NCBI GenBank assembly: GCA_000708835.1 | Contig: DF237385.1 | Location: forward strand, 1-64,000 | Direction: 5' to 3' | DNA from: Klebsormidium nitens | Lineage: Eukaryota; Plantae; Klebsormidiophyceae | DNA length: 64,000 bases | Shown here: positions 34,403-47,567 of the stretch, piece after piece | How positions within the stretch are numbered: position 1 is the stretch's first letter | Layout of the letters: each line of letters opens with the position of its first letter | Position numbers and translations under genes: made by a program | The notes under the pieces: model-generated | The model's input: only the letters and a program-made list of their open reading frames with translations | Told to the model about the DNA's origin: nothing | The model's database searches: none

Positions 34403-36240
34403 TCAGCGTAACGTGAACCGCCGGTATCACTGACAGAATTTGATACCGGGTCCCACAATTTCGTTGCGGTTCGAGTCGGAGTCGACTCGGCCGGAACCCA
34501 CCGTAGGTAGCTTGTGCATGGAAATTAATGCAAATTAAAAACGGATTGGATCATGCACTGGCTTGATATATATGTGTCACACATATAATCATGTCCAGGC
34601 GGCCGCGGGCGCTGCCGATCGAATCGTGCGGCAATATCAAATGTATGTGTACGGTAAGCTGCAGTGATCGGGTACCTTATTGCAGCTTCGATGCTATTTA
34701 AATATAGGAGCTCATCGATGCAAGCTACCATGTGCTTTGCACGTGTACGGTAACTGAATCCACATACTATATGTTGACCCTTATGCATTTGATGGACTGG
34801 CACGACACTGAAACGGTCAACAACATGCCGGCTAGTCTGCTCATATGCTTAAGTTTGGCCAACGACGGAAGAGGTCAAAGACAAAGTTTTGCATGCAGTG
34901 CGAAACTGACGAGTGCCTTGAGCAGAGCATTGGAAGGTGACCTATCGGACATGCAGCATTTCGATCCTTCGCTAGGGCCGAGGTTCGTTTAAAGGTAAGC
35001 CAAACCTCTCTTCTCGGTGTACCTTCATTGGAGACTCTCAAACCTCGAGCACTTAAGCCGAGAAGCTTCGACACAAAGGAAAGGCTTCCATAACTCGGTA
35101 CACTTCCGTTCATAACCATGCAATCGTTTAAGGGCCAAGGTTCGCAAGTGAGTCAGCGAGGAAGCGCTCCCGATATGCAAATCAATTGCTAATCAAGAAC
35201 CAACACAAATGAATGAAGCGCGTCAAGCAGCCAACCCATCGCTTTCTTGCAGTAACTGCATCACAAAAGAAGTGGATACGCTCAATTAGCGAGGGTAAGG
35301 GTTGTGAAAGGGTCAAGAGCATAAAATCCACGTGAAACTAAGTTGCCCGAGGATAACTCCAGATGCAAGAAGACTCACGAGAGGCCATTTTGGCTTACCT
35401 TCTGCGTAGCTTCAAAGCGTGCTCTCATCTTCTCAATGAAGTCTTTTGTGCCGCGATTTGCCTGCAAAAGGTCCAATGCCGATCCGGTTACAACGAAAGC
35501 ATCTCGAGATATCGCCTCCAGTTGCAAGCAGCAATCGACTGCTCACACGTAGGACCTGAAAACAGTGGCAATCAAGCCTCAGACGACCCACTCCGATATC
35601 ATTGTGAAGGGAAGAAAACAGTATGACTGCAAAGAGTACAACACTCCGGAGACGGTTCGGAATGTACCTTTATTGGCGACGTTTCTACTGTCTTCGGGCC
35701 GTGCACTTGCGCTGGAGGAACACCTGCACCAAGAAGGCAACTTTCAGAAAGAATCGCAGAGAGCGGTTCGGATTACGAGCGACGTACTGAGGTCTCTTTC
35801 GACTACAATGCAGCCAACACAACGTGATAAAAGAATGTCGACACTTCGATAAAAGCGGCAGGGCCCAACGTTCACATCGTACATATATCTAACCACTTGA
35901 CTGACGCGCGGCTTCCTGGATATTGATCCGCTTTAAGCTCTCAGGTGCTACGAAGCGCCGAACTTCCCGTCGGAGCGACATTGCGTGGAACTGAGAAGTG
36001 GGTGTAACTTATCTTTGAGGCAGTTTACTAGCACGGCCCTGGTGATGTGACTGATTGAAAGCCGCTCTCAAAGCAAAATGAAATCTTGATTTTTAGGCAG
36101 ACTCACTCTCCGTGTTGGTGACGTCACGTATGCTCCTCTGTGGGATCACTGCAGCTGGCTGCCCCTGAGACGTGGCTCGCTTCGGCAGGGACGTCTGGCG
36201 GACGGGGCTGGCGCCTAAGAACCGTCCTACAATTTTCAGC

Positions 36241-36325
36241 GCAGTAGAGGGCGTCAGGATTAGGTCAGGATTACGAGTTTGATTACGTCCTGCGAGTTCA
36301 AGAGCAGTAGAGTGCGTCAGGATCA
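36241..36325 (+). repeat. Short direct repeat (63-64 bp spacing)
   Basis: gcagtagag(g/t)gcgtcaggat occurs at ~36241 and ~36304. Confidence 0.6.
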
Positions 36326-36798
36326 AGGGCGGAAGGAGAACGGGGGAGGCCCGCAGCGGTACATATGCTGCACTTCAGCTGTTTACGTGAAAGTTGCACC
36401 ATCGGAGGCCCGCGGGATTGTCGTTTACATGATCTTGGAGCGTTCGATCGCCTCTTTAAACATGATCGGACGGTCCAAGATCATGTGAGGCAGATGTCAA
36501 ACTCGTGCAAGGGTTGCAAGCTTCACGCAAAAAGCTGCGATTGCATTCACGAAGGAAACCTTCTTTCTGTTCTCTTGGGTTCTTTGAGGTGCATAAGGTC
36601 GACCAGGAACGACGGTGGACACCAACTTGAACCGGAAAGGGTCTGGGAGGCGGGTCGCAACCGCTGTAGAAAGCCGTGAATCGCATTTTGACACTTTGGC
36701 TCAGAGTTGTATTGAAACGCACCAGACTCTAGACGCCTCGCCGTCTGAGACGTCCACCCATTTCTTTCCCGACGAAGTGGGGCGATCCACGAGCTGAT

Positions 36799-39411
36799 TT
36801 AAGAAGGCGAAGTGGCCAAGAACCAAGAAAAGGACGGCCTCGCAACGCGACAACCAGTTTGGACAGTCCTAAGCAGGCTCGACCTCAGAATGACCGTAAA
36901 GACGGCCGTCTTGGGCATACCTGTGTACGACGTGCTTGCAGTTGACGGGCCTGCTCTTTGCGGCGAGGCGGCTGTTAACGCTCCTTTGCCCTGCAAAACA
37001 CCACATGCCCGCTTCAGACCTTTTGAGATGCAAATGTCAAAGCAAAGCAACGTTTGTTAAGGCGCTCATCGAGATTGCGTCATTTCGGATATGACTTGAG
37101 CCTTCCTGCTCATTGCTTCCAAAGAAGCAGATGGCGGAAGAGCACAGCAAACGGATCGCCAACAAGCAAAGGCTTTTGATGTTGGAAGGTTCCGACGGAA
37201 ATTCGTCTCTTTCAGAGGCAAAACGCAAGACCTCCAAGTGGACGAAAGGCGCTCTTCGGGATAGGGGGAATAAGGGTACTTTTTTGTCTTGTGCAGCTTC
37301 GAGGAAACGGATCCGGCCCTCGAGGAGCGTGATCCTTGCCTGCACAGCCAGAACATGTGCGGAGGCAAATGAGACAAATCTCGAGTTCCCGACCACTGTG
37401 CTGTTTGATTAGGGAGACTCTATCGGCCCGTACAGTAGACAGATACGCCGTCTTTTATCGAGTGGCTTCAATAGCCAACACTCATTTCAGCTTGTTGACC
37501 CCTCTATTCTAAGAAAAAACTGTCCTCATCTAGACCGTACGAAAGGCGCTTCCATCAGGCGGACCACTTTACAATGGTTGGAACCGCAACGCTACGGTCC
37601 GGTGTCAAAACCAGGACTCCAGTCTGCAAAGCTTAGCCAGGGGCTCGCAAAGTTTGGCAGGACCGGATCCGATACTAGGGTTCAGACAAACCGTGCCTCT
37701 CCGAATGCAAACGAAAGATCTTGACTCGTCAATCTTTCGACGTCACAATCTGAACGGCAGCGCTGCGATTCTTGGTTGTCCCCCAGCCATTTCGTGGTTT
37801 TGCGGTCTGCCTGCCATCACCAACCGCTCACCTGCAGGTTCTCCTTCACCTTGACCGCCTCTTGCTCCATTTTGTCGTACTTCTCCTCCAACGAGCGTAC
37901 AGTCGATCGCTGCAAGCAGGACGTTTTGAAACTTGATTAACGGGCGCACAAAACGGTGATCCTCCCCAGATTGGTTTCGAAGCGAGAAACTGCCGGGTCT
38001 GAAACCTTAAAAGTGAAATAAGCAATTGGCTTGCCAAGAGAACTGATGTGTATTTTTAGTCTGTTTCGACGGCTTTCCAACAAGCAACCTGCGCTGGACA
38101 TCCATCTCAACACAGATAGTATCCGAGATCATTGACAAACGCTTTCCAGCGCAGAACAGACAACATACTCCTCCGGCACGTTCAGGGGCGATACCTTCTC
38201 AACAGAAGCGGTAACTGTGGTTATCGACGAACACATATCCACCGCAGATTAGACGTACATACTCGTCCCGCACATTCAGGGGCAATCAAAGAGAGCCGTG
38301 CATCGCCGAAGTTCTCACCAGTTCCTCAACCTGCTCTTCGTTCTTTGCGGCGAACTCTTGCAAACGCCTGGACGAGAGCGGCCCATCCTCGTCGGACGAG
38401 AAGCTTGCCCTGCCGACGTCGTCCTGCAGTGGCATACGCATTGACCACATCAAACGCGAGCTTTTGATATTGGCTCATATTATACTCCCGTAACGAATCG
38501 AACAGGGTCGAAAGGAGAGTCGGCGATCAGAGCCAACCGGCGCTTCTAGAAGAAGTTCGAGATTAGAGTTCGTTTGCAGCTGCTGAGCAATCCGTGCTTG
38601 AATGCAAACAATACGTTCCGACCTTGTTTCAGCGAGTCGTAAAGCCCACCTGCCCGAATCGACGCCCAGCATCGACCAGGTTTCCGGACGCGTCCAGCTG
38701 CCTCTGCAGAGCCGCGAGCAGCTGCTCCGGCTCCACTCCGCTCATCTCTTTCCTGTCCGCATCCCCGTCGCTAAAGTCATTTGCGTCCAAATTGTCAACC
38801 AAAGAATTCTCGCGGTCCGCCCACTGAACCCTCCGCTCGGACGGACCTCCGCTCTCCGCTATCCTCTCCGCTCTAGTTCGGTCGTCCTCTGGGAGGGGGG
38901 GCCGATCGGCCCCGCTGGCGACCCCCCCGGAATGGCGCAGGATCTCGCTCATGGGCCGGCTGGATGCATCAATCTGAACCCGGTTGACGTCAGCAAAGGA
39001 GGTCTGCGGTCTTGCGCTCGCGGCCTGAGGCATCGGTCGGTGATCGGAGGGAGTGGCGGTTTGCGGCCTTAGCATGGGGTTGTGGGGCCGGCTAGAGGAG
39101 GCGACGGCGGGGGGTGGATTATTAGTTGGGTGTGAGACTCTTCGCCGCTGCTTTTGGAGCGCCTGAGGGAGGGGGGGTGGCTCGGTGGGGCTCCGGAAGC
39201 GGGCGGCGAGAGCTGCGACCTGAAACAAGGGAAAGCGCCTCTGGTTCGATTCCAGCAATTGACTTGACTTTGGGCATAACCTGGACCTGACCCGGTGATC
39301 GTAGAGGAAAGGGTAGGCTGCTGTCTCTCGGCTGTCGACTTTGTAGGCTCGTTCTGGCTGCAGGCATTTCGGCCGGAGAGCTTCAAACAACCTCATACGT
39401 TTCTGTGCCAT
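36799..39411 (-). mobile_element. Possible degenerate DIRS-type retroelement relic (gag-like low-complexity ORF plus RNase H-like fragment)
   Basis: A 260-aa Pro/Ser/Arg-rich intronless ORF (38629-39411) precedes broken frames containing EERLSSTWR (~37230-37255, compare the DIRS RNase H SSTWREL motif) and SLCLLAIRLL. No RT core was recognised. Confidence 0.3.
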
Positions 39412-42400
39412 ACAGACGGGATCGAAGTTGCAGCGACGTTTGGAGGATAGCTAGGGGAAACGCACAGCGAAGCCAGGCAGTCTCTGAAAGAATCCTGCCA
39501 GCATCATTTCTGTTACGGATGAGCAGAAGGTCAAGACTACGAGGAATGCAGGCAGCTGCTTTCACCGACAGTGTCTACCTTGCTTGTAGTCCCAATGTCT
39601 GCGCCTGGCTCGGAGGTTCCATTCCTGGCGGTTGCATCTCGGCCCGAAGACGTTGCTTGGTTTGATGTCGAAGCAGGCTGGCGACACAGTTTGAGGGAGA
39701 CGGTAAGCAGCAGTTCGTACTCGGCACCAGCGAAAGGAGCACGCAACGGTTGTTCGGTGGTCCTCACGCAAAATCCTGCTGACTTTCGTGATAAGGACTT
39801 CCCAAAGAAGCAAGCGACCAACATTACGCTCAGCAATGTCGGGATCTTGTGTCAGAATGTCTAACGATGAAATAGATTGCGATCACAGAAGCAGGTCGTC
39901 ACACTCACTGGTGCAGGGGGGGTTTCTCGGACCACTCTCACGTTAGCCTCACGCTCCTCGGCAGGAGGAGTCTTGTGAACCTGCGAGTCAGGTAGGTTGG
40001 GCGTCAGACTGGGCCGAGGGACTGCCAAGCTGTCAAACAGCCGGAAGGCGATGCAAAGTTGCTCAAAGTCCGAAGTCCAGTTTAATCTAGCAGCATGCAC
40101 AGACACTCTTGAGGCCAGTGGTGACGACTGCAGTTTCCCTACTTGGCTTAGCCTGAAGGCAGCTGCATGACTGGGCTAGCAACATACTTTAAGAGAGTTC
40201 CTGACAAGCACTTTAGGGCAACTACCAGGCATACATGGTTCGAAGTTTTACCTTGAGCACCTTGGCTGGTTGGCTTTCCTTCCACAGCTCGTTGTGCTTC
40301 CTTTTGCAGAACTGCATTCAGAGATGACCAAGACATCGAGTCAATGAAGGAGCTATGCAACCAATGACATCAGTCTCAGTTTCTTATGCAAGCTTCCACA
40401 AAATCATAGCCTGCACAAGAAGCAGTCTTCTGTTCTTCACTTGGCTGGATCGAGTTTTTTGTCAGCGCTGGTCGGCAGTTTCTAAAGCTTGCTTTCGCAT
40501 GCTCAGATATCATTTCTATCATGCAATGAAGCTTATCAATACAGGCAAATCATGGGCTCCCCCTCACCTGGACAATGTCGTACAACAGAATGAGCTTTCT
40601 TTCAGCGAAGCCTCTTGACAGAAACTGTACACAACACAGACACAGAGGAAACATCAGCCGCCTTTGTCCTCCTCTTCATTCGGCAGGTTCACAATTACAC
40701 CTGAATTACCCTTGCAACTATTTGAAGCCTAGCATAGTTCTGTACAAGGACAGAGCGGTAATCCAAAAAGATGAGAAAGACACCATGATTGCAGAACAAG
40801 CCTCAACTTTGGAGGGTAAGCCCTCCTGGTTGTGGCTTTATCAGGCTCCTGGTATACCTCAAGGTCGCGTTAGAATCATTTGTTAGTACCCCCTGTAACA
40901 CCTGGCTGTGTCCGTGGACCTCTTACCTGAGCGATAGTGAGGGTGGAGCGGTAAGCAAACTCGTCCCGCAGAATCTTGAAAACGCTTTCTACAAAACGCT
41001 GCAGAAGTTCATCCAAGTCAAATAAGTTCCCTCGACACTTGATGCTTGACACAATGGATGTATAACAGGTACGTCGAAGAACATTCAGTCCCCTTGTCGA
41101 CTTTGTGCGTGACAGAACGGGTGTACCACAATGAGCAATGGCAGGATGCATGATCAGTGGTAAGAGGTACGGATACTGAAAGGCAACGTCCACTGTTAAC
41201 ATTGGAAGTGGTGCTTCTTTTGGAAATGGCCATTGGCTCGATACGAACAAGAGGGGCAGTCTTTTCACAAGGAGCTTACCAGATCACTCTTGGCATAGAG
41301 CTCATGGCCGAGACCAGACAGGTGCCTTGCAAGCAGTCTTGAGTACCCCAGGAAGCAATAGTGGAGCAGGGGAAGAAAGGCAGCTGGATTCCCGTCTCGT
41401 AGCCTGCATCAGACGAGGATTCTTTATCATCCAGCACTTTGGCCAAAACGTCCTCAACTCCCCAGAACTCCTGGCATTGTAAACACCGAACAGCTTTAGT
41501 GGATTCCTGCCCTGACGCCATAAAGATGCGTACATGCAACAGAGCCTACAATAGCTGGTATGTCAAGTGGACTTTGTAGAAGCAAGATTCCCTCAACGAA
41601 TGTAAATTGTGTTTATCTACAATGAGTGTCGTTGTTTCAAAAAAGGAGGACATGATTAGACACATGTCCTGCATGTGTCAGAGCAATGTGGCCATCTCCA
41701 AAATCCACTGTGCAGAGCTTGCTTCTGGGAAAAGCAAATAAGGCAGACCGCTATGGATTTCAAGTCCATTCATTTCATCGCAGGGCCCGAAAAACACCCA
41801 TCTCCAGTATAATGAGTTTGCCAGAGGGGCCCAACCACACCCAGTGGCCCTGTCGTTCTGTAACCAACTCAGCAGACTCCAAGCGTCTCACCCTTGCACG
41901 TCTATTTCTTCATTGTAGCGAACAGATCGTAGTTCCAGACGGAGACGGTCGACATTGCCCTGCACATCCCCTGTTGCCATCCTCTGTCGTGTGGCTGGAA
42001 TCTATCAAAAGGACAGCTACCAATCACATGTGATTGACGCTATCTGCAAGTGGTCTTTTTGCTGCCTCACAAAAGCTCCCAAAAGCAGGGCCTATATGTG
42101 ACTGGAGGCTATACGAGCAGTATGTGGTATCCTGATGCGCATTGCCATTCGTGAAGCGGCCGGCGAAATAGGGTCTCCTGACTAGAGAGAAGCGGGAGTT
42201 CCTCTGAGGCGCAGTGCTCTCAAACTCAAAAGCCCCAAAAAGAACGTGCCGCAAAACCAGACGGACTTCCAGCGTCTCAACAGGGAAGAATACTCAGCAG
42301 CGCAAACTGAGGAAGCTGACGCTGACTGCTAGCAAGCGTCCACCTAGCACCTCCAGAGCTGAAAGGAGGAGTCACATGGAGCCTTCGACCTGATTAACAC

Positions 42401-42644
42401 TGAATTTTGAAGACTGATGGAGCAGACGAGGGAGGAAACGCAGAGTGCTGCCACTGCAAAAGCCAAGCTTCGAACGGCTAGCTCTAGAGAAGTGCGTTGA
42501 TCTCCCGAGTACTCAGGCTCCTTGCACTGGCAGGATTTCAAATTTTCAAATTGAGCAGCTTGCCATTTACCGGCAGCTGCTGGGGCTTTGTGTGAAACCC
42601 ACTCCTTACCAAGTACAGCCGTACCTGCGCAGGCCTACGTATTA

Positions 42645-42884
42645 GAGTATCGGCCCTAATATTCCGGAATTTTGCAATTCCGACGGGTAAAGCGAAAATC
42701 TTATTCCGGACAGATTCTGTAACAGATTGCAGATTCAGAGTCAGTCGACACATGGTGTCCGAAATAGCGTTCGAACCATCCGGAATTGACACTGGTGCTC
42801 GGTAGACTGCTTTATCAGGTCCGAAATAGGGTTTTTGCTTTATCCGTCCGGAATTATGAAATTCCGGAATTAGGGCCGACACTC
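42645..42884. mobile_element. MITE-like element (~240 bp) with ~65-bp terminal inverted repeats
   Basis: gagtatcggccctaatattccggaattttgcaattccgacgggtaaagcgaaaatcttattccggac matches the reverse complement of the right end, gagtgtcggccctaattccggaatttcataattccggacggataaagcaaaaaccctatttcggac. The target-site duplication is unclear. Confidence 0.8.
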
Positions 42885-43249
42885 AGTCTTATAGGTACAG
42901 TGAACGCGCGGTTTCACACTCACGGGACAAGAAGACGGTACTCGTTCTGCCAGGCCTCAATTTAGCGCGAGCACTAAGTGTGTAGGCGCCTCTATACCTA
43001 GCCTAGCCTGGCTAGAGGCTAGAGCCTGAGGCTGAGGCATTCAGGGCCTTAGGCTTGGGCCCGGTTCAGAAGGAAGTCGTTCAATGCTTGCAATTTCGCA
43101 TCTTCATCAGGGGCGCCCTTGTGGCGGGTAAAGCCGTTGGAGCCCGGTACTGGCCCCAACAGACATTGATATGGCGGCACCTTGGAAGCATATGAAGGGT
43201 TAGGTGGTCAATAGGCGAGGTTCGAGGCTGCTGCAATTTAAGGAGAGCG

Positions 43250-46200
43250 ATGAGTGGCTACGGGCACAGAGAAGGGCGTCTGCAATCCAAGGTGGTGACT
43301 GTGGATAACCGCGATAGGCGCCCGGACAGCCCTCGAGGAGTGTCCAGGTACAGGTCCAGGAGCCCCCCCAGAAGAATAGTTGAGGATTACGATGGTCGGC
43401 AGCTTCCCGCTCCTCCTAATGGACGGACGTACGGATCGACTCAGGTCTATAAGGATGCAAGAGAGGGGGGGGACAGGTGGGAGGGAGAAGGTCCTGAGAA
43501 AAGGGAGGGGTACAGCAGACACGCAGCGCCTAGGGAAGAGAGTCGGAGCATTGGTGGGCGCGGCTCTCATTCGCTTTTGTTTGGTTCACCTCCGCTTTTC
43601 TTTCAGCTTTGCGACGGCATTATTTTGATCTTTCGTCAATGCAATGTTGAATGTTGAATGTTTGCACTCTCACATGTTGGTTGCTCAGGAGACGTGATTT
43701 CGAGGTTGGTCGATTAGTTTTGCAAAACAAGGAGGAGTATTCTTTCAATCGTAGGTTCTGCTGCAAATCAACAAGTTGAAGAGAATCTGATTGCCCATCC
43801 AGAAAAGATGTGATTGATTTCGAGTTTACCGTTGCTCAATTGGACCAGAAGCCCAGCAGTAGACGACCAAAAAGCAGCAACTCTCCCTGAGCTTACCGTC
43901 GCTCGATTGGATCAAAAGCCCAGCAGTAATCTGCACTCTGACTGCTATTGGGGGGCTGTAACTCTTTGCTTTGGGCCCTATCTAACTCAGCTATGAAGCA
44001 GGAGCAGGCAAACAAGCCCTGGGGCAACTTTGTTTTTTTGGCAGTTGGGTAATCCCGTCAAAAAGTTGTTTGAGAGCTTCCAAGTGGGGCCCCGGTGTCT
44101 ATGAACAACAGGATTCTGTATGCACTCTTGCCGGCTTAGGGTTATGCGGAAAGGCAGCAGCTTTGTAATCTTTCAGATGGTTTGTATGTCTGGGGTAGCT
44201 CATCGGGAGTTGCAATATTATCAAAGATACAAGACCAAAGATCACATGCGGAGGAGTATCTGGCTGAAGACCATGCCTTGTGCTCAATCTGGCCCAATCC
44301 TGAATGCAGGTCCCCTGGGAGACGATGATACTGTGCTGATTTCAAACTTACCAGATGACATCACCGTCCGTGACATCATTGAAAGAATAGGAGAAGTGGG
44401 TAAAATAAAGGTGAGCCACTGCCACACCCACTCAAAACCATGCTTGCCAGAAGCAGTGTAGTCAATGATCAAGGTTCTGCTTGTCTCCGTTTCGTTTTAG
44501 AAGTCCAATCTTGTCCGGGGAAGTGCACTCCGGGAAGTGCACTGCCAGCTCGTTGTGTATCTATTGTTCGCACGGAAATTTTAGAAGTCAGTCAAAGATC
44601 AAGGGTCTGTCACAGACCTTTCAAAAAGCAGTGAGTTCTGTGACCCAACTCTGGGGTAAAGCAATGAAAGAGCCTGTATCAGGGTTTCTCTATTGGAACC
44701 TTCTTCCCCCAGCATTATCTGGCGTCATCAAAGAGTTTCTCTGCTTGCAGACTGGCAAGTCGGGCGCGCCTCTCGTGCGCATCTTCCAGAGCGATGCATC
44801 GGGGGGGATGGAGGCTGAGGTCATTCTGGACAGCGTCCGGGAGGCTGAAGGCGTCGTCCGATGGTTTGATGGTACGTGCTGTTTCTTCTTTTTAACTGCT
44901 GAACTTTTTCATATCAAACGTTGTTCTTTCGGACCCACATAGTTGCCAGGAAGAAGTGTGTAGAGAAAGCTTATCATCACGAAAGTTTCAAATCCGTTTC
45001 AAATCCGTTTACAGCTGTTGCCTGTTTGGCGTCAGCTTGCACAGAGAACGGGAGTTGCCGCATGGCGCCACACAGTCCTTTTCATCTATGCAGCCATGTG
45101 CTCTGCTCTTCAATCTAGTACTTGATCATCCCAGTATGTTTTTATCGGCACCGCAAACAGTTGGCATTTCTAAGCGAATTCAACATCGAACTTGCTCTAA
45201 GTTGGGGAATGAGGAACTTCCGCACGTCGTACATCTACATCGAACGATAGCTAGACCGCAAAATTAAAGCTTTGCCAAGGAGCTTGACTCCCGTTTCCAC
45301 AGGCTACGAGCTCTTGGGCCGCAAAATCCGGGTTTCGCGGCCGGCGTCAAGTCCACGACGGCCGTCACAACGAGGAGAGCCGTATCTTCCTCCCCCAGTC
45401 CCCGCTTGGGATTCGCCACCTCCCCCTGCCGCTCGGGGCAGGTCGCCGCCAGCCCCTGGTGAGTATCTTTTCACGAGTTCCGTCAGCTCGAACCCTTGTT
45501 TGTTTGATTTACGTAGAGGGCTGGCCAAGCTTGTTTCGGCAGTTGAAGGGGACCGTATGACACCCGCTGCTCGGGGCAGGTCGCCGCCAGCCCCTGGTGA
45601 GTGTAATCTTATCCCTATTCTATCTCGAATTCGAATATTATGTGTTTGACGTGGGTAGAGGGCTGGCCACGCTTGTCAGGTACGCAATTGAGGGGGAGCA
45701 TATGCCACCCTCCAGAGATGGGACCTCATTTCTGTCGGTCGTTCAATCAAGAGAGACTTTGCTAGCCGCTTGCAAAGTGCGTTGGAATTGATGTTCGCTG
45801 GCTTTCGTATAACCGTTGCTGCTGTGGACATACATCAGCTTGTACCTCAAAAGAAAGGAGACTTGATATAGGCCACGACGGCGGACGAACTCTTGAACCA
45901 ATTGGATCTGGAGATTCCCTGGCCTCTTTGGCCGGTGGTAGGCTTTGTAATGTCTACAGCTGGGCCGTATCTTTTAGGAGGGAGATTTTTAGCTCTCATT
46001 CGACACAAAAGTGAACTCCGCTTGGTCCTCGCCGCATGCTATCCGGTTGAGCTTGAATGTTCGGGTTCGAGTGTAAGCTGTCTTTCTTGAGTCATGGGTA
46101 TACTTGTGCTACTGACTCCAGCTTGTGCCTTCTCTGCTATGAACAACTCCGGAGCAAAAAACACGGGTACATCAAATCGAAAGACTAACTAGCCGTTACA

Positions 46201-47567
46201 AAAGGCCACGCTTCCGTGTAAATCATAAACAGTTCCGTAGAGTAACGCGAGGAGTTTCTTTATGCAGCCCCTCGGAGATACAGAGACGCTCCTCTGCCTC
46301 GCGACAGGGCACCCCCATTTGCTGCGGACCGCCCCATCCGACCGAACAGCATTCCCAACGTTGCGCCGAGGGAAGGGGACTGGATCTGCGCCAGCCCCGA
46401 GTGAGTAGCGCCCTTTGGTTTGTCGTACGATAGAGTGGACAGAAAGCTTGAGGAAGAACACGAAGAGAGAACAGGGATGGGTGGGATTATGAAGGGGGTT
46501 AGGGTGGGTGCGCGTACGCGTGGTGAGCGCATCAATATTGTAAGTAGATTTTTAGCCAGGCCGAGTGTTAGTTTGTTCGGCTCATTTTTCGTTGAGTTGA
46601 AACGATTTTTTGTTTCCCGGTCTTCTGCCCCGATCCCCTCGCTCCATTCAAGACTTATTGCGGGAGATTTTCTGGAGAGGCGTCTAATGCAGTCTTGATT
46701 CACGAACTCAGAAGACCGTTTCAGAAGGAAGGGACTCGGTCGACAACTTCCCGTCTTCGTGGTCCGTGTCTGATTACTTCTCAAAGTGCGCATGCAAACT
46801 TTGATCTTCTTTCTAAAACGATATTACGATGAGGCTTTCATCAAGAACCAAGGACCATTGAAGACGTTTGCGCCTCGTCGAAAGGCTTCCATCAGTGGGT
46901 CTTGTCACATGCTGTGGCTAAAGATCCCCTCTGTTTTGTGGTTGGACCGTTCCCACTTCCACCCACTCGGTTGATTCCATGCGGAAAGCGCCCGTATCGC
47001 CCTTCATGAAACCCTTTCACCCGTTTACAAATTTACCCCCCTTTCTTTCAGCGTCTCTGTTCGCAAAGGCGCTGATACTGTCGTCTGGCTCCGGATAGCC
47101 AGACTCGTACCTACATCATATCTATTTTCTGATCATGACAACCCTTTCTCAGTTGCTGACTTCTCCCCCCGCTTGTTGCCAGCTGCGGCAATCTCAACTT
47201 TGCCCGTCGCACGACCTGCCACAAGTGCGACCGGCCGCGACCTTTCCCGGGCCCCGCCCCCCTTCTCGGACGGGGGATCCCCCCCGTCCGACCCTTCCTC
47301 GTCATGCCCGCGGGCGTCGGACGTGGTTTCGGCGCACCCCCCCCTTATCTGATGGGCTCTTTACCCCCCCCTGTGGGGCTTTCTCGGGGGCCCCCGTTTG
47401 CGTCCAGGGGAAGGTCGCCCCCGCCACGGGATAGGGGGTATTCTAGCGATCGAGGGCATGAGGATAGATATCGAGTTGAAAGGGGGGTACGAGAGAGCAG
47501 TCCGCGGAGTCGTGTTGAGAGGGGGGGGAGGGATGAGCGGCGAGATCGGAGAGAGCGGCCTTATTGA
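43250..47567 (+). CDS. TAF15: FET-family (TAF15/FUS-like) RNA-binding protein: RRM + RanBP2 zinc finger + RS/RG-rich tails
   Basis: Exons 43250-43553, 44310-44410, 44751-44871, 45303-45458, (45543-45596), 46268-46400 and 47183-47567. RRM: DTVLISNLPDDITVRDIIERIGEVGKIKTGKSGAPLVRIFQ...VVRWFDGYELLGRKIRVS. Zinc finger: [24 protein letters not shown]. The C-terminus is RRERPY. Confidence 0.85.
45424..45700 (+). repeat. 138-bp tandem duplication spanning a TAF15 donor site
   Basis: cc(t/g)ctgc(c/t)gctcggggcaggtcgccgccagcccctg|gtgagt ends at 45458 and again at 45596. Downstream gtagagggctggcca.gcttgt also recurs. Confidence 0.9.

Noticed and set aside
35343-35852. Plus-strand ORFs of 70-95 aa
   Set aside because: No motif recognised and frames are discontinuous.
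39861-42541. Cluster of minus-strand ORFs (up to 130 aa)
   Set aside because: No identifiable domain or coherent exon chain.
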